NCBI GenBank assembly: GCA_018674305.1
Contig: JABHAL010000013.1
Coordinates: 8,553-72,552, forward strand
DNA length: 64,000 nucleotides
Source: Candidatus Falkowbacteria bacterium
GTDB lineage: Bacteria > Patescibacteriota > Patescibacteriia > UBA11705 > JABHMO01
Direction of reading: 5' to 3'
This document shows, piece by piece, positions 37,720-47,527 of this stretch. The notes below the pieces were generated by a model. The model was given only the letters and a program-made list of their open reading frames with translations. It had not been told where the DNA came from and did not search any database. The position numbers were made by a program, and so were the translations under genes. Position 1 is the stretch's first letter. Every line of letters starts with the position of its first letter.

Positions 37720-37748
37720 GAAATGCTTAATTTAAGCATTTTTTTGTT
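37720..37748 (+). terminator. rho-independent terminator
   Basis: aatgcttaaatttaagcatt palindrome followed by TTTTTGTT. Confidence 0.55.
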
Positions 37749-37782
37749 ATTTTGTAATAAATAGGATAAATATAAATATTTT

Positions 37783-40179
37783 ATGTCAGAATTAAACCCC
37801 AACCAGATCATTGGTAAAGAACAATTTGTAGAAGGTGTCGATGATGATGACAGTAAGGTTTCAGCGCCAGAAAAGAAAAAAAAGAAAAAAAAGCGTAGTG
37901 AACCGAAATTGCCAGAAGATTTAAAGCCGTTTGAAAAAGAGGCTGCTATTTTTGCTAAATCAAATCGTCGAATTTTGGCAGATCTTGCCGGTGATAATAC
38001 TTTGAGGTTTAAACCAGGGAAAGGTTTTAAGATTAATTTGGTGTCCGGTGAAGTTACGCTTGGTTTAGAGCAATGGAAGTGGGCACATGAACATGGGTTG
38101 GGACATGAGCAAATTCTTTTCAGTAGTGGTCATGAAATTGCTCATTTTTGGGATTTGAGAGAAGACCCAGAGGGAATGCTTGAAAATTTTGATTATATGG
38201 AAAAAAAGGCCAGAGGCTTGGCCCCACAAGTAGAGGCCATTTTGAAAAAAAAGCATGGCGATCTACCAGAATATTTAACTAAACAAAAAAAAGTTGATCC
38301 TGATGACCCGAGCAAAACAATGAGTGGTTTAGAAATATTTTTATATAAACAACTGCATACATTATATAATTGTTTGGATGATATTTATGTTAATAAGCGA
38401 GTTGGTAGGAAAATGGCTCGTTATTTGATTGAAGGAAAAAGACACAGTCCTCAAGTGATGAAAATGTACAGAGATTTTTTGTTTCCAACTGATAGTAAGA
38501 AACGAGGACAGCCACCGGAGGATGAGCTAACCTCATATTATCTTAAAAAAAGTGCTAAGGCTCAACAGTTGGTTTATCTTTTGTTGCGAAAAAGAATGGT
38601 GCCGGATCAAATGGTAATAGTGGATGATGAAATAAAAAAAATTGTCGAAGATGAGGATATGGAAAAGTTGGTTGATTTTATAACGACACCTAGTCCTGAT
38701 GGTATTCCAGAAAAAGATCAACACAGAGCATCTTGGAGATATAAACAAATTAAAGAATATATTGAACCATTCTATATTGAGCTTTTGATGAAAGATATAG
38801 AAGAATTAGAAATCCCTCCAGAAAAAGAAACACAAATGGGTGACGGCGAAGGTGAAGGCGAAGAAGGTGAGGGTGAAGGTGAAGGTGAAGGTGAAGGTGA
38901 AGGTGAAGGTGAAGGTGAAGGTGAAGGCGAAGAAGGTGAAGGCGAAGAAGGTGAGGGTGAAGGTGAACCAAAGGATGGTGAGCCTAAAGATGGCAAACCA
39001 AATCCTTGGTCACAACTCAATCCTAATAAGCCAATGGACAGAAAAACAGTTGCAGATTATTTAAAAGATAAAAAAGGTAAAGATGAAGAAGAGTCAAAAA
39101 AAGTAGCCGAGCGTGAACGCAAGGCTAGAATGACGCCGGCGGAAAGAGCCAAAGAAGCAATTCGCAGAGCAGATAAAGCTTTTGCTGAAAAGCATGATAT
39201 TCCTGAAGAAAAAGTGCATGATTATCGTCAGATCTCGCATGAAATTGCTAAACATAAGGAGGAATTAGCTCAATTATTTGAAAGTATTTGTAAAAATATA
39301 AGTCGTCAGATTGAATTAGCTTGGGAAAAGTATTACCGTTCTGGTAAATTGGATGTTGCTCGATTGACGAAGAAGTACGGTCCATACTTTGTGGATAAAA
39401 AAATGCTCAGTTTTGTACAGTTTGATCAGCTTGAGACTTATCAGCAGAGAGCGTTTATTGAAAAATTAAGTCTAAAACCGGATGAATTTAGAATTAGATT
39501 TATTGTCGATTGTTCAGGATCTATGACGCTTGGTGATAAAACATATAAAGCCAAAGAAGTGTTAGTTTTGTTTTTGGAATCTTTAGCAACATTTGAAGAC
39601 AAAATTGATCGCATGTTCAAAAAATTCAATATGAAACAACCACCACTTCGAGCCAGAACTCAAATTATTACTTTTGGTGATGAAGGTGGGTCTGAGGAGG
39701 TTAAAAAACTCAGAACGGAAAGAAGAATTAATGTGGAACAAGAGAGGGTAGATCGGTTGCGAGGTTTTGCGGGGATTCATTCAGATGGTGGTAATACCTG
39801 TGATGATGAGGCTTGGCAAAAGGTGAAGGGAACTTTTTGGGACGGAGATTCAGAGAAAATTAAAAAGGGAGAGTTGAAAGATATTGCGATCGAAATTACA
39901 GATGGTGGCTCAACTACAGCTGCTGAAACAAGATCTTTGTTGCACCAAATTTCAAATATGGGAATAGTAACACGTGCGATTGGTGTTTTTGATAAAGACG
40001 AAGAAGGGGATGATTATAGGTCCTCTTGGCGAAGTTCTGATTTAGATACTTTTGATGAAGTTTGGGGCAAAGACGGTGAAGTTATTCATGATGTTAGTGA
40101 ATTGGTTGAAGCAGTTTATAAATTACTCAAAGAACAGATTCAGGATATTAACTTCCAAATGGGAGAAGCTGAAGAATAA
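37783..40179 (+). CDS. metallopeptidase-like (HExxH) + von Willebrand factor A domain protein (DUF2201-type), partner of MoxR-like ATPase
   Basis: HEIAH at aa ~117 in an N-terminal domain. MIDAS motif DCSGSM at aa ~576 followed by a vWA-like region. A central (GE)n low-complexity linker. 798 aa. Confidence 0.7.
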   Translation: MSELNPNQIIGKEQFVEGVDDDDSKVSAPEKKKKKKKRSEPKLPEDLKPFEKEAAIFAKSNRRILADLAGDNTLRFKPGKGFKINLVSGEVTLGLEQWKWAHEHGLGHEQILFSSGHEIAHFWDLREDPEGMLENFDYMEKKARGLAPQVEAILKKKHGDLPEYLTKQKKVDPDDPSKTMSGLEIFLYKQLHTLYNCLDDIYVNKRVGRKMARYLIEGKRHSPQVMKMYRDFLFPTDSKKRGQPPEDELTSYYLKKSAKAQQLVYLLLRKRMVPDQMVIVDDEIKKIVEDEDMEKLVDFITTPSPDGIPEKDQHRASWRYKQIKEYIEPFYIELLMKDIEELEIPPEKETQMGDGEGEGEEGEGEGEGEGEGEGEGEGEGEGEEGEGEEGEGEGEPKDGEPKDGKPNPWSQLNPNKPMDRKTVADYLKDKKGKDEEESKKVAERERKARMTPAERAKEAIRRADKAFAEKHDIPEEKVHDYRQISHEIAKHKEELAQLFESICKNISRQIELAWEKYYRSGKLDVARLTKKYGPYFVDKKMLSFVQFDQLETYQQRAFIEKLSLKPDEFRIRFIVDCSGSMTLGDKTYKAKEVLVLFLESLATFEDKIDRMFKKFNMKQPPLRARTQIITFGDEGGSEEVKKLRTERRINVEQERVDRLRGFAGIHSDGGNTCDDEAWQKVKGTFWDGDSEKIKKGELKDIAIEITDGGSTTAAETRSLLHQISNMGIVTRAIGVFDKDEEGDDYRSSWRSSDLDTFDEVWGKDGEVIHDVSELVEAVYKLLKEQIQDINFQMGEAEE
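38842..38966 (+). repeat. hexanucleotide (GGTGAA)n microsatellite encoding (Gly-Glu)n
   Basis: About 20 near-perfect tandem copies of ggtgaa, ggcgaa or gaagaa, in frame within the vWA protein. Confidence 0.85.
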
Positions 40180-40342
40180 ACAAATTAATTATCAATTGAT
40201 CAATGTACAAAGTCCTAAATAAATACAAAAATAATAAGGTTCAAATTTTAAAATTGTTTTGAGTTTATGTGCTTGGATTTGTTTAGAGCTTGATCAACTG
40301 ACTAATCGTTTATTAACTTTATTACATATTAATTAAAATTCT

Positions 40343-42928
40343 ATGGTTCTAAATTTTTTCAAATCAAAGTTCGAGAAGAACTACACTCCAGTAGAGGAAG
40401 TGGATGCTGTTGAGTTACAAGAGTGGAAAGCTAATGATGAGCGTGCAGAAAGATTATTCGAACAATATCAAGAGTATTTTACTTTGCTTTCTGATGTTCG
40501 GCCGGATTTAACTTCAATAGAAGAAACCGTTCAAACTGAGAAAGGTCCTAAGAAGGTTAAACGTCGATTGCAAGTTACGGAAATGCTGGAAACCGATCGT
40601 GAGCATTGGCGGAAGTTTATCAATACAAAAAAAATCAAGCAGGATTTAGCTGAAGAATTGTCAGACTCTACAGACTCAAAAATGGTAATCGAAACGGAGG
40701 TTGAGGCAGTTTTGGATTCAATTGCAGAAATAGTTGAATTAAGAAAGCAAGTTGTGGGGGATGAGGAAATTGGAATTAGTATTCCAAACGAAGTGCAGGA
40801 TGCTTATAATTATAGAGTTCAGGAAGGAATCACAGCCAAAAAGAAAATTAAAGATTATAATAAAAGATTAGAACAATTGTTGGTAGCTTCTCGCGGTTCG
40901 TCAGCACGTAAACGTAGACCTGCTCAAGTCAGAGCAGCTAGAAATGAATATAAGCAATTAAAGGAGGAGTTTAGCGAATATATTGAAAATGATCCAGATG
41001 CTTTTATGGTTATGGCCTTCGATAGAATGTTAAATATGAAGAAATCATTTGATGAGGGTGGTAGAATTGTTGAGACTCGCTATGTGAAAATTTTAATGGA
41101 GCAAGTTTACGAAAAGTTAGAAGGTGGTCGCCCAGTATTTTTGCATGGTGAATTGGGAAGTGGAAAGTCAGAAGTAGCTAAACATTTATCCAGAAAAATT
41201 TTGTCTAGACATTATTTACATCGTTGGGAAACGGGAGATGAGGACTTGAACTTGGCTCCACACCCGAAACCAATAAAACCAGCAGAAATAAACTATGAAG
41301 ATTATGTAAAAGAAGGTATGAGTGAGGAGGAGGTAAGTGAAAATACTCGAGAATTCAACAAAGCCAGGAAAGAGAGACTTGGAAAACTGGAAGAGTGGCG
41401 TAAAAAGCTTAAAGATTGGCACAAAGAACGAAAAGAACAAGCAGAGCCTTATTTAATATCTGGTCATCGAGGATTAGAAGCAGAACAGTTTATCGGAGGA
41501 ATGAAGATTGAGCGTATGAAGAGTATGACACCAGAAGAGAAAACTAAACTGATGATGGAAAAATTGGCGGAGTATAGGTCTGAACACGAGAAAGACGGCG
41601 TAGCAAAGGAAAAATTAGACCAGATGATGGGGTTATATGAGGAAGATCTAAAAAAGTTTTACGATAACCCAGTAGAAGTTTGTGGTTATCTGGGTATGTT
41701 TTATCGCGCGATGCAAGAAGGCCGACCAATTATTATTGATGAGATGAATGCCATTCCTCATCACGTGTTGATTTTATTAAATGATCTTTTGACTAGAGTT
41801 CCTGGTGATAATGTTAAACCTATGGTTGAGGGAGTTTCTGAGTTTACTGTAAAAAAAGGATTTTATGTTATTGCTACAGGTAACTGGGATCCAGAATCAG
41901 CTGATGTTTATGTAGGTCGGCAAAAGATAGATGCTGCCTATTTATCACGTTTTGAATTAGAAAAATACGATTATTTACCTAATGCCGTTGACTTCAGTCT
42001 TCTGGCAGAAACTTCAACGCTGGAACAGGAAGATGAACATAAGCTAAGGCAAGAAAATGAATTATTTCACATGTTGATTATCAGAATGTTAGACAATAAC
42101 GGCTCATTGCAGATCCCAGAGGGAGGAGATGATCAACTTTATAGATTGGCAGTTGTGGCTAGAAATATTCAAAGCGCTTTTTCTGGTTTTGATGTGCCAA
42201 GTGAATATTTTCCAGATGCCACCGGTAATGTTGAACGTGGCCCAAAAGATGTATTAAAGGAAAATGTTTTGTCATTACGACACTTGATCCCAATTATAGA
42301 ACGTTGGAAAAGTGAAGGTTATAGTAAACCAATTGATGTTTATCTTTTTAATTATTACTTGGAAAGATCTAAGGCGAGAGAAGAAGAAATGCTTTATCTT
42401 TATGAAAAACTGCAAACGCAGGGAGATTTTTTCTCTGTTAGTGAAGGCTGGCCTCCAGCAACAGGCGAGATTGATCCGGCAACTGGAGCTAATGATGATG
42501 ATCAAAAGTTTCAACAACAGGCCAAAAATAGAATTTTAAAATTTGATACAGCTAAAATGTTGCATGATGTTGATTATTTGAGTGGACATAAATCGGGTGA
42601 AGCTCTTATTGATGATGATATGCCGGAAGTAGCGACTATGTCGGCGGTAGAGGTAATCAAGATGCTGTTTGGGCGTATCCCGGAGAGAACCGAGATTAGA
42701 TTAAAGAAAGTCAACTTAGGTGAAAATGGTGAGCCTGAAGGTGGAGTAAAAGCAGAATTAGACCCAGTCACAGAAAGAGAAATCCGTAAACTTTCTGAAA
42801 GAAATGAAGAACTTGACGATAGAGTTGAGCATCATGTAGATGAGGGAGGTAAAGATATGCAGGGTGCTCAGGATGCGTTAAAACATGGTCACAGGAAATC
42901 CGAAGAATCTGTAGAAGGCGAACGCTAA
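40343..42928 (+). CDS. MoxR-like AAA+ ATPase (large, with insertions)
   Basis: Walker A HGELGSGKSEVAKHL, Walker B IIIDEMNAIPHHVL and sensor-1-like YVIATGNWDP. 861 aa with charged coiled-coil N- and C-terminal regions. Confidence 0.7.
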   Translation: MVLNFFKSKFEKNYTPVEEVDAVELQEWKANDERAERLFEQYQEYFTLLSDVRPDLTSIEETVQTEKGPKKVKRRLQVTEMLETDREHWRKFINTKKIKQDLAEELSDSTDSKMVIETEVEAVLDSIAEIVELRKQVVGDEEIGISIPNEVQDAYNYRVQEGITAKKKIKDYNKRLEQLLVASRGSSARKRRPAQVRAARNEYKQLKEEFSEYIENDPDAFMVMAFDRMLNMKKSFDEGGRIVETRYVKILMEQVYEKLEGGRPVFLHGELGSGKSEVAKHLSRKILSRHYLHRWETGDEDLNLAPHPKPIKPAEINYEDYVKEGMSEEEVSENTREFNKARKERLGKLEEWRKKLKDWHKERKEQAEPYLISGHRGLEAEQFIGGMKIERMKSMTPEEKTKLMMEKLAEYRSEHEKDGVAKEKLDQMMGLYEEDLKKFYDNPVEVCGYLGMFYRAMQEGRPIIIDEMNAIPHHVLILLNDLLTRVPGDNVKPMVEGVSEFTVKKGFYVIATGNWDPESADVYVGRQKIDAAYLSRFELEKYDYLPNAVDFSLLAETSTLEQEDEHKLRQENELFHMLIIRMLDNNGSLQIPEGGDDQLYRLAVVARNIQSAFSGFDVPSEYFPDATGNVERGPKDVLKENVLSLRHLIPIIERWKSEGYSKPIDVYLFNYYLERSKAREEEMLYLYEKLQTQGDFFSVSEGWPPATGEIDPATGANDDDQKFQQQAKNRILKFDTAKMLHDVDYLSGHKSGEALIDDDMPEVATMSAVEVIKMLFGRIPERTEIRLKKVNLGENGEPEGGVKAELDPVTEREIRKLSERNEELDDRVEHHVDEGGKDMQGAQDALKHGHRKSEESVEGER

Positions 42929-42949
42929 TAATTACGTTAAGTATTAAAT

Positions 42950-43921
42950 ATGATCAATCCAGAACAGCAATTGAAGGAAAGCGCACTTAGGGTGAACTTC
43001 GATGAACGTCAGCAAGATTATTTTGATAGACTAATGTCTGAATTAGAAGTTATTTCTCAGGGCAAGGGTTTTTTAGAGTTGGAAAAAGAGGCTTTAGCCG
43101 GGACAGTAGTAGCTCTTCAGCGTTTACGTGAATATATTGCCAAGAAAGAACAGATTGTGGAGTTTATCGAGAATAAAGAAATACCACCTGTTTTTGTTAA
43201 GACGATTGAATCCATCACTCCGGAAGGAGTAGAGGTTAAAATACAGTTACAAATGGAATTGGAGTCTTGGAAAGGGGCTTATGCTCTAGCTGGCATTGAT
43301 TGGGTTGAGTTTCCTGATAAGTTGGAGGTCACCCAAGAACAAGCTACACGTATGCAGGAATTAATTGCCAAGTATGGTTTTGATAAAATGATGATTATTC
43401 CAGATGAAATAAATGGCAATAACGAATTTAGTGATAATAAAAATTATGAATTAACTAATTTACTTCTTGATGGAGTTGATAAGATCTCTACTACTAATGC
43501 TTATCGTGGTTCCGGCGGTTCAATTAGCCGGGTGCGGGATAATAGGCAGGGATTGAGAATTGTTTTAATGAAAAAAGTTTCTGATTTTAATGAAAGTCAA
43601 TTATATAGAAGCACTTTAGCCGTTAGATGTGATCAAGTTCAAAAGACAGAACCTTTTAAAGAACCGGAGATATCAGGTTTAACGTTGTCTGAGTTTGCTG
43701 TCTGGCAGTGGATGTATTACAAAGCGACTTCTAAATTTTGGGGCTCAGATGGAGGAACTGGAGTTTGGCTACCAGAAACAAAATTTGCTTCAGATAGATA
43801 TATTACGCCAATCGCTTTAATGAAGGAGACTGGTCAAAAAATTGCATTCACAGAGAGAGCACCGGATGAAAGTTACCCAAATGCAGGAACTTTGTTTGGC
43901 GCAGTGTTTCCGATTGAGTAG
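42950..43921 (+). CDS. family-X paralog A: conserved N-terminal module + C-terminal domain type 2
   Basis: N-terminus MINPEQQLKESALRVNFDERQQDYFDRLMSELEVISQGKGFLELEKEA...LQRLREYIAKKEQIVEFIENKE. The C-terminal domain is shared with paralog B (GLRIVLM..FNESQ..SGLTLSEF..GxVFP). Confidence 0.6.
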   Translation: MINPEQQLKESALRVNFDERQQDYFDRLMSELEVISQGKGFLELEKEALAGTVVALQRLREYIAKKEQIVEFIENKEIPPVFVKTIESITPEGVEVKIQLQMELESWKGAYALAGIDWVEFPDKLEVTQEQATRMQELIAKYGFDKMMIIPDEINGNNEFSDNKNYELTNLLLDGVDKISTTNAYRGSGGSISRVRDNRQGLRIVLMKKVSDFNESQLYRSTLAVRCDQVQKTEPFKEPEISGLTLSEFAVWQWMYYKATSKFWGSDGGTGVWLPETKFASDRYITPIALMKETGQKIAFTERAPDESYPNAGTLFGAVFPIE

Positions 43922-44001
43922 ATGTACGAACTTATAAGAAATTACGAACAATTACTTAATTACTACTTACTATTTACCATTTACTATTTACTTATTAACT
44001 T

Positions 44002-45186
44002 ATGTCAGTCAACACAGATCCACAAAAAATCGAACAGTTATTAACTCGCGGAGTGGAAAATGTTTACCCAAATAAAGAATTTTTGGAAGAACTTTTGAAA
44101 TCCGGGAAAAAACTAAAACTATATTTAGGAATTGATCCTACCGGTCCAAGTTTGCATTTGGGGCACGCTATTAGTTTAATGAAACTCAGACAATTTCAGG
44201 AACTTGGTCACACGGTTATTATGTTGATTGGTAGTTTTACTGCCATGATCGGTGATCCAACTGATAAATTAGCCGTTCGTCAGCCATTGACCAGAAAACA
44301 AGTTTTAGCCAATTGCAAGAACTATGAAAAACAAGCGGCCAGTATTTTGGATATGAAAAAAACTGAAGTTAAATACAATAACAAGTGGTTAGATAAATTG
44401 AACTTCAAAGATATCGTTGAAATTGCAGGGAAATTCACAGTTCAGCAAATGCTAGAGCGTGATATGTTTGAGAATCGAATGAAAGAAGGTAAACCGATCG
44501 GATTGCATGAGTTTTTGTATCCTTTAATGCAGGGCTATGATTGTGTGGCCATGAAAGTTGATGGTGAAATTGGTGGCAATGATCAAACCTTTAATATGTT
44601 GGCCGGACGGACGTTAATGAAATCCATGAGTAATAAAGAAAAGTTTGTAGTGACTAATAAATTGTTAGCTGATACTTCTGGTAAGAAAATGGGTAAGTCC
44701 GAGGGTAATATGATTACTTTGGATGATGCTGCTGTAGATAAGTTTGGTAAAGTAATGGCCTGGACAGATGATATGATTGTGAATGGCTTTGAACTTTGCA
44801 CTTTTGAACCAGCAAGTAAGGTTAGCGAAGTTGAAGCGCGATTAAATAAAGGTGAAAATCCACGTGACCTTAAATTAGAATTAGCCAAAGCTATTGTTAG
44901 AATTTATCATGGTGAAGCAGAAGCCGAAAAAGCAGTTGATAACTTTATAAAAACTTTTTCACAAAAGCAAAACCCGGATGACATTGAAGAGTTTGATTTA
45001 AGTGGTAAAACAATTATTGAAGCGTTAGTTGAGGCAAGGGTAGTACAATCAAATTCAGAAGCTAGAAGAAATATTCAACAAGGTGGTGTCAAAATCAACG
45101 ATCAAGTTGTTGAAAAAATAGATACAAAAGTTAAATCTGGTGATGTTATCCAAAAAGGTAAACGCCATTTTATAAAAATCAAATAA
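44002..45186 (+). CDS. tyrS: tyrosyl-tRNA synthetase (with C-terminal S4 domain)
   Basis: HIGH (PTGPSLHLGHA), KMSKS (KMGKSEGN) and a C-terminal S4-like ARRNIQQGGVKIND. Confidence 0.9.
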   Translation: MSVNTDPQKIEQLLTRGVENVYPNKEFLEELLKSGKKLKLYLGIDPTGPSLHLGHAISLMKLRQFQELGHTVIMLIGSFTAMIGDPTDKLAVRQPLTRKQVLANCKNYEKQAASILDMKKTEVKYNNKWLDKLNFKDIVEIAGKFTVQQMLERDMFENRMKEGKPIGLHEFLYPLMQGYDCVAMKVDGEIGGNDQTFNMLAGRTLMKSMSNKEKFVVTNKLLADTSGKKMGKSEGNMITLDDAAVDKFGKVMAWTDDMIVNGFELCTFEPASKVSEVEARLNKGENPRDLKLELAKAIVRIYHGEAEAEKAVDNFIKTFSQKQNPDDIEEFDLSGKTIIEALVEARVVQSNSEARRNIQQGGVKINDQVVEKIDTKVKSGDVIQKGKRHFIKIK

Positions 45187-45195
45187 TCCGCAACT

Positions 45196-45639
45196 ATGAA
45201 AATCCTATTATTTATTGAAAACAACGTATTGAACTCAGATGACCTTAGTCCGGTTACTGGCGTAGCGAGTAAAGTCCAAGGCTGGATTAGTAATGGTGCA
45301 GAAGTTGAATTTGTCACAGGTATTCATAAATTTTTGGATTTAAAAAAAGTTGACGAAGCAATTCAAAAGTTAGGAGTTTCCCATCCCAAGATACACGCTA
45401 GAGCAGAAGGCGAGAAATATATAAATATTGTTCGTGAGGTAAAACCAAATATTTTATTAGAAAATGAAACTAACTCTGGCGAAGAAAAAAAAGTTGCTGA
45501 TAGATTAAAACCAGAAGACAAAGTCAATTGTATCTTTTTAACAGGGGAAAAGGGAGTTGATAGTTTACCCGTTGATCTAGATGAGCTAAGGGACCTTTCT
45601 GAAGAAGACGGGGAAGTAGTTCGTGAGGATGCTTATTAA
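45196..45639 (+). CDS. hypothetical protein
   Basis: 147-aa ORF with no recognisable motif. It starts 10 nt after tyrS. Confidence 0.35.
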   Translation: MKILLFIENNVLNSDDLSPVTGVASKVQGWISNGAEVEFVTGIHKFLDLKKVDEAIQKLGVSHPKIHARAEGEKYINIVREVKPNILLENETNSGEEKKVADRLKPEDKVNCIFLTGEKGVDSLPVDLDELRDLSEEDGEVVREDAY

Positions 45640-45709
45640 TTGTAGTACAGATAATACAAATTAAAGTGCTACTAGACAATCATTTATTATTTATTTTAGT
45701 TATAATTTT

Positions 45710-46747
45710 ATGTTTACTCCAGAAGCAAGTCAATTAAATGAAAGTTCACTTAGAGCTAATTTTAATGAAGCACAGACAGACCATTTTAACCGTTTGATGG
45801 ATGAGTTGGAGCATATATCACAAGGGTATGGCTTTCAAGAGATCAAAGCTATTGCTGAAGCTGGTGACCCACAAGCTTTGAAAGTTTTACGACAATATGT
45901 TTCAAAAAAAGAACAGGTTGTATGTTTTATTGAAAGAAAAATAATCTTGGTTCAAGATATTCGGGCAACTACACCTGAAGGAGTGGAGGTAGAATTTCAT
46001 TTACAAGAACAGTTGCGTAAATGGCAATCCTTTTTTATGGAAAAAGGAATTGATTGGGTGGATTGGCCACAGGAAATTAAAGTTAGTCAGGAAACACAAG
46101 AGCAGATGCAGAAACTTATTGAACGAGCTGGATTTAACCGTTTGGCCGTCATCCCTGAAGGTGTGGTTGGAGATCCAGACTTTGAGGAGAGTATTGATGG
46201 GAAAGGACGAAAAATTAATAAGCTAGTTACTCCAGCAGAACATTATAGTGAACTGTTTAGAAAAATGACAGTTGGCTCTGATTATAACCCACCTGATTTT
46301 TTCAAAAGCGATTTACTAGAGGGTGGAATTGATGGGACTTTAGATACACGCAAGGATTTGAGATTAGTTTTATTTACAGATGTCCCTGGACACGACGGAT
46401 GTAAGCATACTAAAAGTTTTAATAATGAATCGTGGGAGGCCTTACAAAGAAGAAAGCCCATGTATCCTAATATTGATGGTTTAACTTTATCAGAGTATTT
46501 TATATTAGAGCGTGATCATTTTGATCGTACTGGTCAGCATTTGTTTACTGATTCTAGTAATATTTGTTCTGCTAGCGTGCGACCAGCAACTGATCGAGTA
46601 CCAACTGTTCGTTGGGGGACTCAGAACAATCGCATTCTTTTTAAATCTAGACCAAAGACATACGAACCAGACGCAAGTAGAAGATCTTCAAGTAGGCCTT
46701 CAATAATTACTAAAACCGCTGGGGTTTTTCCAGCAGAAGCTTTCTAA
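45710..46747 (+). CDS. family-X paralog B: N-terminal module + C-terminal domain type 2
   Basis: N-terminus MFTPEASQLNESSLRANFNEAQTDHFNRLMDELEHISQGYGFQEIKAIAEAGDPQALKVLRQYVSKKEQVV. The C-terminus is related to paralog A. Confidence 0.6.
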   Translation: MFTPEASQLNESSLRANFNEAQTDHFNRLMDELEHISQGYGFQEIKAIAEAGDPQALKVLRQYVSKKEQVVCFIERKIILVQDIRATTPEGVEVEFHLQEQLRKWQSFFMEKGIDWVDWPQEIKVSQETQEQMQKLIERAGFNRLAVIPEGVVGDPDFEESIDGKGRKINKLVTPAEHYSELFRKMTVGSDYNPPDFFKSDLLEGGIDGTLDTRKDLRLVLFTDVPGHDGCKHTKSFNNESWEALQRRKPMYPNIDGLTLSEYFILERDHFDRTGQHLFTDSSNICSASVRPATDRVPTVRWGTQNNRILFKSRPKTYEPDASRRSSSRPSIITKTAGVFPAEAF

Positions 46748-46750
46748 AAT

Positions 46751-47527
46751 ATGCAGCCAGAGTTAGGCCATTTGAGTGAACAAGGCTTACGCGCTGATTT
46801 CAACAAGAAGCAGCGCGTTTATTTTGATAAATTAATGTCTGAATTAGAAGAAATCTCAGGTGGTTTAGGTTTTTCTGAACTTGAAGCGGAAGCCCGGTCT
46901 GTGTTGAGTTCATCGGCGACTTCAGTCGGCAGCTCAAGTGAAGCCATTCAAAAACTAAGAGATTATATCGCCAAGAAAGAGCAGATTGTGGGGTTTATTG
47001 AGCAAAAAGAATTACCTGAGACATATGAATTACGCGATGAAGAGCTTGAGGTTGGTGATGAGGTTTATTTGATTGAGCCAACAACTGGTTTCGTTCGAAA
47101 AGGGAAAATTTCTAATTTCTTTGAGAAGGATGGTGCTGATTGGGCTAGGGTTATTACTGGCGATGATGGCAAACAACTGAGCTTTTGTAAAATAGAAAAT
47201 TTAGCTAAAAATAAACCTAAAAAACTTGATGCTGGAGAGCTTGGAGAACTTGTGGTGTTGGATTTGAGTAAGTATCAAGGTTTTGGTGTAGGGGATATCT
47301 ATCATAATTTTAGAAGCAAAAATAGGAAAATTGAGGGATTTTGTTCGCCCGACAATGCAGTAGAATCTAATGGCTTTAAACCTAGTGGCGTGGCTGTTGT
47401 TTTCAGTTATGGAGAGGGTATTTTCCATAGCCATAAAGAGAAAATGTTTGGTTCCGAGTCAATCGGTAGTTTTAAAGAAGCCATTGAAAATATGATGTAT
47501 AAAAAAATAGAAGACCCGAATTTATGA
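46751..47527 (+). CDS. family-X paralog C: N-terminal module (with Ser-rich insertion) + SH3/KOW-like C-terminus
   Basis: FDKLMSELEEISGGLGFSELEAEA...KLRDYIAKKEQIVGFIEQKELPE, then VGDEVYLIEP..KGKI and LAKNKPKK..LDLSKYQGFGVGDIY, as in paralogs E-H. 3-nt gap from B and 4-nt overlap with D. Confidence 0.6.
   Translation: MQPELGHLSEQGLRADFNKKQRVYFDKLMSELEEISGGLGFSELEAEARSVLSSSATSVGSSSEAIQKLRDYIAKKEQIVGFIEQKELPETYELRDEELEVGDEVYLIEPTTGFVRKGKISNFFEKDGADWARVITGDDGKQLSFCKIENLAKNKPKKLDAGELGELVVLDLSKYQGFGVGDIYHNFRSKNRKIEGFCSPDNAVESNGFKPSGVAVVFSYGEGIFHSHKEKMFGSESIGSFKEAIENMMYKKIEDPNL

Noticed and set aside
38842-38966. Possible CRISPR array or spacer-repeat structure
   Set aside because: The 6-nt unit is tandem without spacers and lies inside a CDS. 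It is a microsatellite, not CRISPR.
38750-39064. Antisense/alternative-frame ORFs (SPSPSP..., HLHLHL..., KVKVKV...) across the GE repeat
   Set aside because: These are artefacts of the hexanucleotide repeat. The sense frame is continuous with a long vWA protein carrying recognisable motifs.
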